Positions 38,542 to 49,112 of a DNA stretch of 64,000 bases are shown piece by piece (positions within the stretch are counted from its first letter, which is position 1; each line of letters opens with the position of its first letter). Origin of the DNA: Vicinamibacteria bacterium (GTDB taxonomy: Bacteria > Acidobacteriota > Vicinamibacteria > Marinacidobacterales > Marinacidobacteraceae); assembly GCA_964291235.2 (NCBI GenBank), contig OZ219815.1, positions 96,001 to 160,000 of the forward strand. Reading direction: 5' to 3'. The position numbers and the translations under genes were made by a program. The notes below the pieces were generated by a model. It worked only from the letters and a program-made list of their open reading frames with translations, was not told the DNA's origin and made no database searches.

Positions 38542-39518
38542 ACCTGACCGTCCCGGACCGACCCTTCGCGGTGCGGCCCACCACCTGGATCGAAGCCGAG
38601 AGAATGCGGGCGGCCCTCGGGCTTCGCGTCACCCTGGTCAGCGAGACCTTCCAGCGCACCGGAAGCTTCAAGTTCCGGGCAGCCTTCCACCGGGCCCGCA
38701 CCTCACCGGCCCGGCATCTTCTCGCCGCCTCCTCCGGCAACTTCGGCCAGGCGCTCGCCCTCGCATGCAAGTTGCTGCGCAAGCGGGCGACCATCGTGAT
38801 GCCGTCCATCTCCGCGCGGGTCAAGATCGATGCGGTCCGCAGCCACGGCGCCACCGTCGAACTTACCGACGTGGAGATCGAGTCGCGCGAGGACGCGGTG
38901 TCCCGGATGCTCCGCGAACTGCCCGAAGCCGAGGTGGCGAGCGCCTACGACGATCCGGCGGTGATCGCCGGGAACGCCACCCTGGGGGTCGAGATTGCCA
39001 CGCGCCTGGGCCGCTGGTCCGCGGCCCGGCAGGCGAAGGCCGTCGTGGTCGTCCCCATCGGGGGCGGCGGGATCAGTTCGGGGATCCTCACCGGCCTCGA
39101 GACCGCCGGGATGGGCGAGGTACCCGTGATCGGCGCCGAGCCGCTGCTGGCGAACGACGCCGCCGAGTCGCTGCGGCAGGGAAACCTGGTGAGCCACGCC
39201 GGCGAGGCACTCTCGCTCGCCGACGGAGCGCGGCTACCCCGTCTGGGCGCGAACAACTGGGCGATTCTCCGCCAGGGCCTCGGCGACGTGATCGAAGTGC
39301 CCGAGCAGCAAATCGCCGAGGGCGTCCGAAGGCTGTTCAGCACCGCCAACCTGAAGGCCGAGCCCACCGGGGCGCTCGGGATCGGAGCGCTGCTCACGGA
39401 CCCCGACCGATTTCAGGGCAAGGAGGTGCTGGTGGTGATCACCGGCGGCAACGTGGACCCCGGGGTGTACTCCCGGATCCTCGGCGGGGCGGACTCCACC
39501 GAGGAGGCCTACGGCTGA
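38538..39518 (+). CDS. PLP-dependent serine/threonine dehydratase or racemase family
   Basis: QRTGSFKFR, SSGNF, PIGGGG, TGGNVD; no ACT domain. Confidence 0.85.
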   Translation: MNLTVPDRPFAVRPTTWIEAERMRAALGLRVTLVSETFQRTGSFKFRAAFHRARTSPARHLLAASSGNFGQALALACKLLRKRATIVMPSISARVKIDAVRSHGATVELTDVEIESREDAVSRMLRELPEAEVASAYDDPAVIAGNATLGVEIATRLGRWSAARQAKAVVVVPIGGGGISSGILTGLETAGMGEVPVIGAEPLLANDAAESLRQGNLVSHAGEALSLADGARLPRLGANNWAILRQGLGDVIEVPEQQIAEGVRRLFSTANLKAEPTGALGIGALLTDPDRFQGKEVLVVITGGNVDPGVYSRILGGADSTEEAYG

Positions 39519-39537
39519 CCGCTGGCGGCGAGACCCA

Positions 39538-40035
39538 ATGCTCCAACTGCTCCTCCTGCGTCACGCCAAGTCAGACTGGAATCACCCCGGTCTGGGCGAT
39601 CACGACCGGCCGCTGGCCCCGCGGGGTTTGCGGGCCGCCCCCCGCATGGGCCGCTACCTCAAGAATGAGGGGCTTTCACCGGCGGCGGCGCTCGTTTCGA
39701 CCGCGCGGCGGGCGCGCGAGACCGCGGCACTCGTACTGGAGGCGGCCGGCGCGCCGGCCGACACGCTCCGCCTGGTTCCCCGACTCTACGGGTCGAGTCC
39801 GGACGAGATCGTGGAGATCGTGGGTGAGGAGGGCGGGATCGCATCACCGCTTCTGGTGGTGGCCCATAACCCGGGCATGGAGGATCTGGCAGCCCGCCTC
39901 GGCGGCCGCTACGAGCATTTTCCTACCGCCGCGCTCGCCGTCGTTTCGGTCCCGGCCCCCGACTGGAGCGCCTTCTTGCCGTCCGCCGCCACCCTCGAGG
40001 CGTTGATCCGGCCCCGGGAGTTGCCGAGCGGCTGA
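39538..40035 (+). CDS. sixA: SixA-like histidine phosphatase
   Basis: LLRHAKS, DRPL, STARRARET, VAHNPG, FPTA. Confidence 0.82.
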   Translation: MLQLLLLRHAKSDWNHPGLGDHDRPLAPRGLRAAPRMGRYLKNEGLSPAAALVSTARRARETAALVLEAAGAPADTLRLVPRLYGSSPDEIVEIVGEEGGIASPLLVVAHNPGMEDLAARLGGRYEHFPTAALAVVSVPAPDWSAFLPSAATLEALIRPRELPSG

Positions 40036-40126
40036 CCGGCAGGACCGGTCCCTCGCGACCGGGCGGAAACCTCGGGGTCCGGAGCCGGCCGGTATTCTTG
40101 GCCGCCATCCCCCAGGGGAGCCCCCC

Positions 40127-41215
40127 ATGAAGAACCCGCTTCGCTCCGACTGGTTCCGGCGATTCCTGCTTCCCGGTTTCTGCTTCCAGTCCATGGTCAT
40201 CGCCGGCGGCTACGGGACCGGTCGCGAGCTGGTGGACTTCTTCCTGACCAAGGGAGTCCTCGGGGGGCTCCTGGGAATGCTCCTCATCACGACGCCGCTC
40301 TGGTCGGCCGTCTGCGCCCTGACCTTCGAGATCGCCCGGCGGGCGAGGTCCTACGACTACCGGACGATGACCCGCGAACTGCTCGGCCGGTGGAATTGGC
40401 TCTACGAGGTCATCTACCTCGCCACCATGCTGGTGGTGGTTTCGGTGGTCGCGGCGGCGGGTGGCGAGGTTGTTTCCAGGTCGCTCGGCTTTCCCTACGC
40501 CGTTGGAGTGCTCGCCATCATGGTCGCGGTGGGCTACCTCGTCCTGAAGGGGACCAGCACGGTCGAGAATTTCCTGTCGTTCTGGTCGATGGCCCTCTAC
40601 GCGGTGTACATCCTGGTGCTCATCGCCGCTTTCCGTGCCTTCGGGCCGGAAATCGGGGCGGCGCTCGGCGCCGGCGACGTCACGAGCGACTGGGTTCTCG
40701 GGGGTGTCGAATACATGGCCTACAACGTGGGCACGCTGCCCGCCGTGCTGTTTTGCGCGCACCACCTGAGAACGCGACGCGACGCAATGGTGGCGGGGAT
40801 GCTCGCGGGGCCCATCGCCATCATTCCCGCGGTCCTCTTCTTCATCGCAATCGCGGGCCTCGGTTCCGGGATGGTGGAAGAGACGGTCCCCTCCCTCACC
40901 CTGTTGGCGGAGATCGGTTCGCCGCTCCTGCTGTTCGGCTTCCAGGTGGTCCTGTTCGGAACCCTGATCGAAACTGCCACCAGCCTGATCCACGCAGTCA
41001 ACGAGCGGGTGGCCCGCGCCATGGAGGAGGGGGGCCGCGAACTGAAAACGTGGCTCCGTCCCGCAACCTCGACGGTGGTGCTGCTTGCCGCCATCGTGCT
41101 CGCCCAGGCGGGACTCGAGGACCTGATCGGGATCGGCTACCGGATCCTGACCTATGGGTTCTGGGTCATCTTCATCCTGCCGCTGTTCTGGTACGGGGTC
41201 CGCCGCCTCCGTTAG
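40127..41215 (+). CDS. YkvI family membrane protein
   Basis: IAGGYGTGRELVDFF, YMAYN, about 10 TM helices. Confidence 0.8.
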   Translation: MKNPLRSDWFRRFLLPGFCFQSMVIAGGYGTGRELVDFFLTKGVLGGLLGMLLITTPLWSAVCALTFEIARRARSYDYRTMTRELLGRWNWLYEVIYLATMLVVVSVVAAAGGEVVSRSLGFPYAVGVLAIMVAVGYLVLKGTSTVENFLSFWSMALYAVYILVLIAAFRAFGPEIGAALGAGDVTSDWVLGGVEYMAYNVGTLPAVLFCAHHLRTRRDAMVAGMLAGPIAIIPAVLFFIAIAGLGSGMVEETVPSLTLLAEIGSPLLLFGFQVVLFGTLIETATSLIHAVNERVARAMEEGGRELKTWLRPATSTVVLLAAIVLAQAGLEDLIGIGYRILTYGFWVIFILPLFWYGVRRLR

Positions 41216-41292
41216 CAGCCTGCGGCAAAACCCGCGCGGGAGAACTGGGCCTCACTCGTCTCGGCGCTCACGTGGGTTTCACCACAGGCTGT
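41215..41292. mobile_element. Short diverged copy of the MITE family
   Basis: TA-GCAGCCTGCGG...CTCGGCGCTCACGTG...CCACAGGCTG; left end overlaps the upstream TAG stop. Confidence 0.55.
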
Positions 41293-41386
41293 TGAGATCG
41301 GCCGCGACCGGCCGGGAGTCGCGCCGCGGAACCGGCGTTTCCTACAATCAGCAATCCGGCCAGTGGGCCGGAAAAGGAGTTTCCCG

Positions 41387-42052
41387 ATGAAACGTGCTCT
41401 CTTCTTCCTGGTGCTGGCCGCGGCGATTCCGGCCCTGGTGGCTTTTTCGTCCGCCCCGGCGGCGGCTCCCACCGCCCAGTCGGACATGACCTTTTTCCTG
41501 ACCAGCCGTGGTCCTGGTGACGGAGCGAACCTCGGTGGACTCGACGGCGCCGATGCCCACTGCGCCATGCTCGCCTCGGAGGCGGGCGCCGCCGACGGCC
41601 TCACCTGGCGGGCCTATCTGAGCACCACCGGAGACGGCGGCGTGAACGCGAAGGACCGGATCGGCGACGGCCCCTGGCACAACGCGAACGGCGTGATGGT
41701 GGCCGAGAACGTGGCCGACCTGCACAGCGACAACAACAAGCTGAGCAAGGAGAATTCGATCTCCGAATCGGGCGAAGTCATCAGCGGGCGCGGTGACGAC
41801 GTGAACCGCCACGACATCATCACCGGGAGCGGCATGGACGGGATGGCGTCGTCGGGCGACGGCGACAGCACCTGCTCCAACTGGATGAGCAACGCAGCGG
41901 ACGGCAGCGCTCTGGTCGGCCACCACGACCGGACGGGCGGTGGCGATAACCCCACCTCCTGGAACGCGGCCCACGGCTCCCGTGGCTGCGGACAGGCGGA
42001 CCTCCAGGGCACCGGAGGCGACGGACTGTTCTACTGCTTCGCGATGCGGTAG
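41387..42052 (+). CDS. Secreted lectin/endostatin-like protein
   Basis: Signal peptide, NLGGLDGADAHC, WRAYLS, CSNW, FYCFA. Confidence 0.8.
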   Translation: MKRALFFLVLAAAIPALVAFSSAPAAAPTAQSDMTFFLTSRGPGDGANLGGLDGADAHCAMLASEAGAADGLTWRAYLSTTGDGGVNAKDRIGDGPWHNANGVMVAENVADLHSDNNKLSKENSISESGEVISGRGDDVNRHDIITGSGMDGMASSGDGDSTCSNWMSNAADGSALVGHHDRTGGGDNPTSWNAAHGSRGCGQADLQGTGGDGLFYCFAMR

Positions 42053-42086
42053 CCCCCGGCGGGGGCGCTAACGTAAGCGCCCCCGC

Positions 42087-43352
42087 ATGAACGAACCCAG
42101 TCCGCCACCGACCGGTCAGGGGCGTTTGCTGGAAGTCTTCCAGGAGATCGGGCGGAGTCTCGAAGTTGGCCGCACGGCCGAAACGATTCTGGCGGGACTT
42201 CGGCGCGTGCTCCCCGGCTGCGACCGGGCGACCCTCTCGGCAATCGGACTCGACGGGAAGACGGTCGTCTGCCGCCGGGCGCGCGGCCGGGACAGCGTAC
42301 TCCCGGAGTCCCCCGCGTCCGACGGCCGGGAACTCCCTTCGGGCGAGTTTGCGACGAAGGTGCTCGATAGCGGCAGGCCCGAGTTCCTGGAAGTGAACGC
42401 GGAGGCGGCAGCTTCCGATCCGGACCTCAGCGCCGGGTCCGCGGCGGCGGTCGCGGCCCCGCTCCTCGGGGCCGGAGGACGCCGGCTCGGGGCACTGGTC
42501 GCGGAATCCATCGACCCGGCCGCGTTTTCGGGGCGGGACCGGGCCGCGCTCGCCTCCTACGCGGCGGGCGCCGCCCCGGCGCTCGAGCGCATCCTGTTCT
42601 ACGAAAAGGCGGTCGAGGGGCGAGAACTCGTTTCCGAGGTGGAAGTCGCGGGCCGAGTGCTCCACGACCTGCTCCCGCACGAGTGCCCGGTCCTCGACGG
42701 CATGGAGGTGGCGGCGGTTTACGAACCCTGCTCGCAGGTGGGCGGCGACTACTACGACCTGATCTCGCTCGGCGAGGACCGCTGGGGCTTCGCGATGGCC
42801 GATGTGGCCGGAAAGGGGATTCCGGCCGCGCTCCTGGTGGCCGCGCTGCGCGCCTCGGTGTTCTCGCTCGCAAAGTCGAGTCTCACGCTCCGCGTCATCG
42901 TCGGCCGCACGAACCAACTGCTCTACGAGAGCGTGGGGCAGACGCGCTACGCCACCTTCTTCTTCGGTCTGCTGGACGTCCCCCTTCGGCGCCTGATCCA
43001 CATCAACGCCGGACATCCGCCCCCGATCCTGGTCCGCGCCAGCGGCGAGGTGGAAATGATCTACGCCAGCGGACTACCGCTCGGGCTCTTCCCCGCTCCC
43101 CGATACTTCGAGCAGGTGATCCAGCTCGGCGCCGGGGACCTGCTCGCGTTCTATACCGACGGGATCACCGAGAGCGCCAACCGGCAGGGGGATCTGTTCG
43201 GACGGGATCGGCTGGGCGCCCTGCTGCGGCGGGAACGCGAGCGGGGAAGCCCTGCCGCCGAAGTCTGCGACAGCGTGCTCAAGGAGGTGCGCCGGTTTCG
43301 CCGCGGCGCCCCCGACGACGACCAGACCGTGGTCGTGATCCGGGCCAGCTAG
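42087..43352 (+). CDS. GAF plus SpoIIE/PP2C phosphatase (RsbU-like)
   Basis: VGGDYYD, ADVAGKG, NAGHP, YTDGITE, DDQT. Confidence 0.92.
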   Translation: MNEPSPPPTGQGRLLEVFQEIGRSLEVGRTAETILAGLRRVLPGCDRATLSAIGLDGKTVVCRRARGRDSVLPESPASDGRELPSGEFATKVLDSGRPEFLEVNAEAAASDPDLSAGSAAAVAAPLLGAGGRRLGALVAESIDPAAFSGRDRAALASYAAGAAPALERILFYEKAVEGRELVSEVEVAGRVLHDLLPHECPVLDGMEVAAVYEPCSQVGGDYYDLISLGEDRWGFAMADVAGKGIPAALLVAALRASVFSLAKSSLTLRVIVGRTNQLLYESVGQTRYATFFFGLLDVPLRRLIHINAGHPPPILVRASGEVEMIYASGLPLGLFPAPRYFEQVIQLGAGDLLAFYTDGITESANRQGDLFGRDRLGALLRRERERGSPAAEVCDSVLKEVRRFRRGAPDDDQTVVVIRAS

Positions 43353-43379
43353 CGGCCTTTGGACAGAGTCACCCGGCGT

Positions 43380-44243
43380 TCAGTCGGCGAACGCGCGCAG
43401 GAAATCCCGAACCCGTTCGTACATCACGGCAAAGCTGGGCGCCACGAAATAGAACGGCTGAAAATCGGTCGGATCGTACGAGGTGTCCGCCATGGTCCGG
43501 CAATCGAACCGCCGGAGTTCCGCGTCCCGCAACCGATCCATCTCGCCGACCGACGAAAGGAGGCCGGCTCCGTACGCCTTGGGAGTCCCGTCCTCGATGG
43601 CCGCCCCGAATTCGAGGGTGAACCAGTAGAGGCGGGCGATCCGTTCCACGTCCTCGTCGCTCGCCACCCGGGCGGCGCGTCCGAAGTGGGCGCTGAGTTC
43701 GCAATAGCTCGGGTGGGCGAACGACGCCGCGTGCCCGATCAGTTCGTGGATGACATCGGGTTCGGGGGTGTAGAGCGGACGGCTCGCGTGGCGGATGTAC
43801 TGGGTCGCCAGGAAGATCCGGTCGGCCAGGAAGGAGAGGAACGCGCGCGCCGTCACCAGCCCGGCCACCGGGAGCATCCGGAACCCGGTCAACGGCCGGA
43901 TGCGGGCGTTCACGTCCTCGAGCTGGGGAATCCGAGCCCGGTCCAGCGCCACTGCATCTCCACACTGCAGGTACTCCGCACAGGCGAACTCCCGGTGCCG
44001 CGGATCGAGCAGCTCCCGAACGTGTTTCCAGACCGCGTGCTCCTCGTCCGTATAGGGCACGGTCGGGGCCGGGTCTCCCTGGACGTAGTCGAAGGCGAGC
44101 TTCGCGATGGCGTTGCGGCGAGCCCGGTACATGGAATCCCGGAAGCCGGGATGGTCGGGATCGAGAGGCACCAGCTCCGGGCTGCCGCCGGCGCCCGGGC
44201 GCACGTCCTCCGACAAGGTGTCGAGGAGGGCGTTTTCGCTCAT
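43380..44243 (-). CDS. phhA: Phenylalanine 4-monooxygenase
   Basis: TQYIRH, YTPEPDVIHELIGH, LYWFTLEFG, AYGAGLLSS. Confidence 0.92.
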   Translation of the reverse strand: MSENALLDTLSEDVRPGAGGSPELVPLDPDHPGFRDSMYRARRNAIAKLAFDYVQGDPAPTVPYTDEEHAVWKHVRELLDPRHREFACAEYLQCGDAVALDRARIPQLEDVNARIRPLTGFRMLPVAGLVTARAFLSFLADRIFLATQYIRHASRPLYTPEPDVIHELIGHAASFAHPSYCELSAHFGRAARVASDEDVERIARLYWFTLEFGAAIEDGTPKAYGAGLLSSVGEMDRLRDAELRRFDCRTMADTSYDPTDFQPFYFVAPSFAVMYERVRDFLRAFAD

Positions 44244-44283
44244 GGGGGGCCCGGATTCTAGAGCGGCTCCCGCGGGCCCCGCT

Positions 44284-45728
44284 TCAGGCGGTGAGCCCGG
44301 CGGCGACGAACAGGGACACCGCGACGAGCCCGCCGAGCACTGCGTAGGGGAGCTGGGTGTTCACGTGATCCACCAGGTCGGATCCGGAGGCCATGGAGGC
44401 AATGATGGTGGTGTCCGAGATCGGCGAACAGTGGTCGCCGAAGATGCCGCCCGAAAGCACGGCTCCCACAACCAGGGGAAGGTCGAGGCCGAGCGCGGCG
44501 GCGGCCGGAACCGCGATCGGGAGCATGATGGCGAACGTCCCCCACGATGTCCCGGTGGAGAACGCCACCGCCGAGGTCACCACAAAGAGCACCGCCGGAA
44601 CGAGCCACGCCGGCATGGCCGCTTCCGCGACCCCGGCCAGGTAGATACCCGTCCCCAGGTCGCGCGCCACCGCCGAGATTGCGAACGAAGCCAGCAGCAC
44701 GGCGACGACCGGGACCATTCCCCCGGCGCCCTGCAGAACGAGATCCACCGTTTTCGACACTCGGAGGACCCGCTGGACGATTCCCAGGAGGGCCGCCGTC
44801 AGCACCGCGGCCAGGACAGCCCAGAGAACGGACGTCCCTCCATTCCCGGCGAGCAGGTCGCCTTCGCCGGTGATCCACAGCCCGACGAAGATCATGACCA
44901 GCAGCACCGCCAGGGGAACGATCATGTTCCGGGCCCGGTCGGGAACCCCCGGCCCCGGCGGGAGCGCGAGCACCTCCGTGGAAACGAGCGGACGGGCCCC
45001 TTCGCGGATGACCTGCCCGGTCTCCCGGGCGCGTCGCTGGGCACGCGCCATCGGGCCGAAATCCCTTCCCGAGAGCCCGAAGAAGAAAGCCAGCCCCAGA
45101 GCCGCGAGGGAATAGAAGTTCAGTGGGATGCTCGCGACCAGCACCGAGACCCCACTCTCGATGCCGAGTGTCGCCAGAATCGTGATGATGAGCGCCCCCA
45201 ACCATTCATGGGCAAGAGGATGCAGACGGGAGCCGAAGTCGAATCGGTGAGGTAGGCCAGTTTCTCCCGGGACAGCCGAAAACGATCGAAGAGTGGCCGC
45301 GCCACCGTGCCGCTCACCAGACAGGTGATGCTCGACTCGACGAAGATTCCAAGCCCGAGCAGGAGCGCGAGCGCCTGCGCGCCTCGCGGACCCGCAACCA
45401 GGCGGCGGGACGTCACCCAGTTCACGAATCCGGTGACCCCGCCGGTGAACCCGACCAGCGCCAGCACGCTGCCGACCAGCGTGCTGAAGAGCAGAATGGA
45501 CGGATTCCCCGAAAACGCCTCCGTGAGGCGCGTCACGGTTCCGGCAAGCGCGGAGAAAACGTCTCCGCCACGAAGCACCAGCTCTCCGAACAGGACGCCG
45601 GCGAGCAGCGCCAGCACCGCCTGCCGGGTCGCCAGCGCGACCAGGATCGCGAAGACCGGGGGGAGGACGCTGAGGAAGCCGGGGTCTGCCAAGATCGGGT
45701 GCCGTTTGGCCACCCTATCGTCGCACAC
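44284..45728 (-). pseudogene. NhaC-family Na+/H+ antiporter-like transporter split by a 1-nt deletion
   Basis: ORF 45120..45728 (SREKLAYLTDSTSAP...PMNGWG) and ORF 44284..45201 (GALII...GTSWGTF...FGDHCSPISDTT) join if the G5 run at 45195-45199 were G6. Confidence 0.75.
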
Positions 45729-45766
45729 CGGGCCGCGCGCGGTTCGGGCGGTACACTTCTGCCCGG

Positions 45767-47272
45767 TTGTCGGTTCGGAGACCCCTGGAGAAGATCAGGC
45801 GGGGCGTTGTGGGGACGGACGATTCACCCAGAACCTTGGAAGAACAGAAAACGCGGCCTCACGCGCACGGAAGTGACGCGGACGCCCGGCGCTCGGGTGG
45901 AGTCGCCGTCCGTGACCGGCCGCGGCGCGAAGGCTCGCGCTCGCCGGCGCGGCGCGGCCCGCGGGGGCCCTCCTCCGATGCGGAACCGTCCCCCGACCAG
46001 ATTGACGGAGTCCGGATCGTCCGGAGTCAGGAAGGACTCGAAGACCTGGTCGCCGCCTTGCGCTCGGCCGGCGTATTCGCGCTCGACACCGAGTTCATCC
46101 CCGAAAACCGTCTGTTTCCCGAACTTGGGCTGATCCAGGTGGCCGCCCCGGGAGTGGAGGCGGTCGTGGATCCCCTCGAGGTGAAGGAGCTGGATCCGCT
46201 GTTTGCCCTCGTCGGAGATTCCAAGGTCCTCAAGGTCGTTCACTCCGGGAAACACGACTTCGACATCTTCTATGGGCTCGCGTCCGTGGTGCCGCAAAAC
46301 GTGTTCGACACGCAGATCGCCGCGGCCGTGATCGGCCACGGGAAGAAGGTGCAGATCGCCCTCAGGACGCTGGTAGCCGGATTCGTCGGGCGGGAGTTGT
46401 CGAAGCAGGAACAGATGTCCAACTGGCTGCGCCGGCCGCTCACCCCCCGTCAGGTGGAGTACGCCATTGCGGATGTCCGCTACCTGCTGCCGCTGCGGGA
46501 CAAGTTGACGGAACGGGCCAGGGCACTGGGGCGCCTGGACTGGCTGCAGGAAGAGATGATCCCGCTCACCCACGAGGCCGCCTACCAGATGCCTCCCGCC
46601 GAGGAGTGCTATCGCGCCCTCGACAGTCCGGGTCTCACCCCGTCACAGCGCGGCTCCCTCAGGGAGCTGGCCGCCTGGAGGGAGCGGCGGGCGCGGGCGT
46701 CCAACCGCCCCCGGGGCTGGATCCTGAAGGACGGCGCGGTCCGCGATCTGGCCCGGCGCCAGCCGCGCAACCGCGACCAGTTGCTGACCCCGTACGAGTC
46801 GGTCGCCGGTCGTCCACCCAAGGGAGACCCGAAGACCATCCAGGCGACCCGCGCGGTGCTGCAGAAGAATCCGGACGCAATCCTGCGCGTGATCGCCGCC
46901 GGCGCCCGGAAACCGATCCCCTTCACGGGCAAGGGCAAGAGGGAGCGGCGTCCGGCTCCGGAATCCCTGGCGCTGCTGCTCGAAACCTGGCTGAAGCTGC
47001 GCGCCAGCGAACACGGCGTGGCGCCCGAATTGCTCGCTACCCAGGAAGAACTGCGGGCCATCGTGGCCGCCTACCCCGACGAGGCGTCGGACGCCCGTCC
47101 GCTCAAGGGGTACCGGCGGCGCATCCTGGGGGAGGATCTGCTGCTCATCCTCTCGGGCCAGGCCGTGATCCAGGTCGGAGCGGGCGGCCAGCAAAAGGGT
47201 GGACGGCCACCCATCCGGCTGGCCCGACTCGGACGCCTGGGGCGATTCGCCCTCCGGGACTCCCGCTCCTGA
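45767..47272 (+). CDS. rnd: Ribonuclease D with HRDC domain (true start probably downstream)
   Basis: ALDTEF, LIQVA, FDTQIAA, SNWLRRPL, YAIADV, AWRERRARASNRP. Confidence 0.85.
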   Translation: MSVRRPLEKIRRGVVGTDDSPRTLEEQKTRPHAHGSDADARRSGGVAVRDRPRREGSRSPARRGPRGPSSDAEPSPDQIDGVRIVRSQEGLEDLVAALRSAGVFALDTEFIPENRLFPELGLIQVAAPGVEAVVDPLEVKELDPLFALVGDSKVLKVVHSGKHDFDIFYGLASVVPQNVFDTQIAAAVIGHGKKVQIALRTLVAGFVGRELSKQEQMSNWLRRPLTPRQVEYAIADVRYLLPLRDKLTERARALGRLDWLQEEMIPLTHEAAYQMPPAEECYRALDSPGLTPSQRGSLRELAAWRERRARASNRPRGWILKDGAVRDLARRQPRNRDQLLTPYESVAGRPPKGDPKTIQATRAVLQKNPDAILRVIAAGARKPIPFTGKGKRERRPAPESLALLLETWLKLRASEHGVAPELLATQEELRAIVAAYPDEASDARPLKGYRRRILGEDLLLILSGQAVIQVGAGGQQKGGRPPIRLARLGRLGRFALRDSRS

Positions 47273-47389
47273 AATCTGTAGCGCAATGGTCCGGGTAGAG
47301 TCCCCGATCCCGATTCGGGCCGGTCTCCGATCCGGCTCCCGCTCCGCTCCCCGACGCGTTCGGGCCCAGCGATCAAACAGCACCCTCTC

Positions 47390-48700
47390 ATGAAGAACAC
47401 ACCCTGGTATCGCAAGCTCTGGGCTCAGATCGTTCTCGGCCTGGCCCTCGGCATCATCTATGGGGTCGCCGCCGCCACGATGGGGTGGGGCGAGTTCACG
47501 AGCGACTACATCTCGCCGTTCGGGGACGTCTTCTTCAACGGGCTCCAGCTCATCGCGGTACCCCTCGTCATTTCCTCCCTCATCATCGGGGTGGCCTCGC
47601 TCAGCGACCTGAAGAAGGTCAGCCGGATCGGGGGCAAGACGATCGGCATCTACGTGGCGACGACCGCGGTGGCGGTCTGCATCGGCCTTGGCTACGCGAA
47701 CCTGCTCCGCCCCGGCAGCTACGTCCCGGAGTCCCTGCAACAGGAACTGGCCGTGCAGTACGAGGAAGCCGCCGCCAACCGGCAGGGCGCCGCGCAGCAG
47801 ATGATGGAGGAGCGCGGCCCGCTCAGCATCCTGCAGGACATCGTGCCGTCCAACGTCATCTCCTCGACGTCCAGCAACCGCAACATGCTCCAGGTGGTGT
47901 TCCTGGCCCTCATGTTCGGCATCGCGCTGATCCGGATCCCGAAGGAGAAGGGCGCGCCCCTCCTCGCGTTCTTCGCGGGCCTGGAAGCGGTGGTCGTCGA
48001 GTTCGTCGGGATCGTGATGAAGATCGCGCCCATCGGGGTCTTTGCGCTGATCGCCCGCGCCATCACCGGAATGGCCGGCGACGATCCGCAGCAGGTCGTG
48101 CAGCTGCTGGGCGCGCTCGGTTTCTACTGCTTCGTGGTGGTCGCCGGACTCGCGACCCAGATGCTGGTGGTCTATCCGCTGGTCCTGAAGTTCCTGACTC
48201 CGATCCGCTGGCGACGCTTCTTCCCGGCGGCCGCGCAGGTACAGCTCGTGGCCTTCTCGACCAGCTCGAGCGGCGCCACCCTGCCGGTCACCATGGACCG
48301 GGCACAGCGTGATCTCGGGGTCTCGGAAGAGGTCTCCTCATTCGTTCTTCCCCTGGGCGCCACCATCAATATGGACGGTACCGCCCTCTACCAGGCCGCG
48401 GCCGCGCTTTTCATCGCCCAGTCGCTCGGGATGTCCATCGGGATCGAGGGCCAACTCGCCATCGTGCTCACCGCGGTCCTTGTTTCCATTGGTACCGCCG
48501 CGGTGCCCGGCGCCGGCATCATCATGCTGGTCATCATCCTCCAGGCCATCGGGGTGCCCGCCGAGGGAGTCGCGCTGATTCTGGGTGTGGACCGGATTCT
48601 GGACATGCTCCGGACCGCGACCAACGTCACCGGCGACCTGACGGTCGCATCGGCGGTGGCGGCGTCCGAAGGCCAGTTGAGCGACGTCGCCACTAGGTAA
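47390..48700 (+). CDS. Dicarboxylate/amino acid:cation symporter (GltP family)
   Basis: AFSTSSS, LGATINMDGT, DRILDMLRTATNVTGD. Confidence 0.93.
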   Translation: MKNTPWYRKLWAQIVLGLALGIIYGVAAATMGWGEFTSDYISPFGDVFFNGLQLIAVPLVISSLIIGVASLSDLKKVSRIGGKTIGIYVATTAVAVCIGLGYANLLRPGSYVPESLQQELAVQYEEAAANRQGAAQQMMEERGPLSILQDIVPSNVISSTSSNRNMLQVVFLALMFGIALIRIPKEKGAPLLAFFAGLEAVVVEFVGIVMKIAPIGVFALIARAITGMAGDDPQQVVQLLGALGFYCFVVVAGLATQMLVVYPLVLKFLTPIRWRRFFPAAAQVQLVAFSTSSSGATLPVTMDRAQRDLGVSEEVSSFVLPLGATINMDGTALYQAAAALFIAQSLGMSIGIEGQLAIVLTAVLVSIGTAAVPGAGIIMLVIILQAIGVPAEGVALILGVDRILDMLRTATNVTGDLTVASAVAASEGQLSDVATR

Positions 48701-49107
48701 GGAGCGCCAGCCTCCAGGCTGGCATCGCCGAGCACAGCGAGGCGAAACTCCCAGACCCAATCAGCCTCGACGGCACCTGCCCTGACGAGGCCAGGAGCGC
48801 CAGCCTCCAGGCTGGCATCGCCGAGCACAGCGAGGCGAAACTCCCAGACCCAATCAGCCTCGAGGGCACCTACCCTGACGAGGCCAGGAGCGCCAGCCTC
48901 CAGGCTGGCATCGCCGAGCACAGCGAGGCGAAACTCCCAGACTCAATCAGCCTCGACGGCATCTGCCCAAGCGGGGACGGCGCATCGCTGTACAAGCTCG
49001 GAAGGGGCGCGGCGCCACCCCGCTGGGCTGCAGCGCCATCCGGGCAGGTTGACGATGGGAGTTTCGCTCCGCTGCGCGGAGCGATGCCGGCCGGAGGCCG
49101 GCGCTCC
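48701..49107. repeat. REPIN-like element with a 93-bp tandem triplication of its left part
   Basis: GGAGCGCCAGCCTCCAGGCTGGCATCGC at 48701, 48794 and 48887; the third unit continues to an inverted REP at about 49082-49107. Confidence 0.85.
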
Positions 49108-49112
49108 AGCTC

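Noticed and set aside
48388-48921. Repeat-protein ORF (LGDASLEAGAP repeats) and similar ORFs at 54056-55441
   Set aside because: Translations of the DNA repeats; 188 is not a multiple of three, and the 48.4 kb ORF overlaps the symporter antisense.
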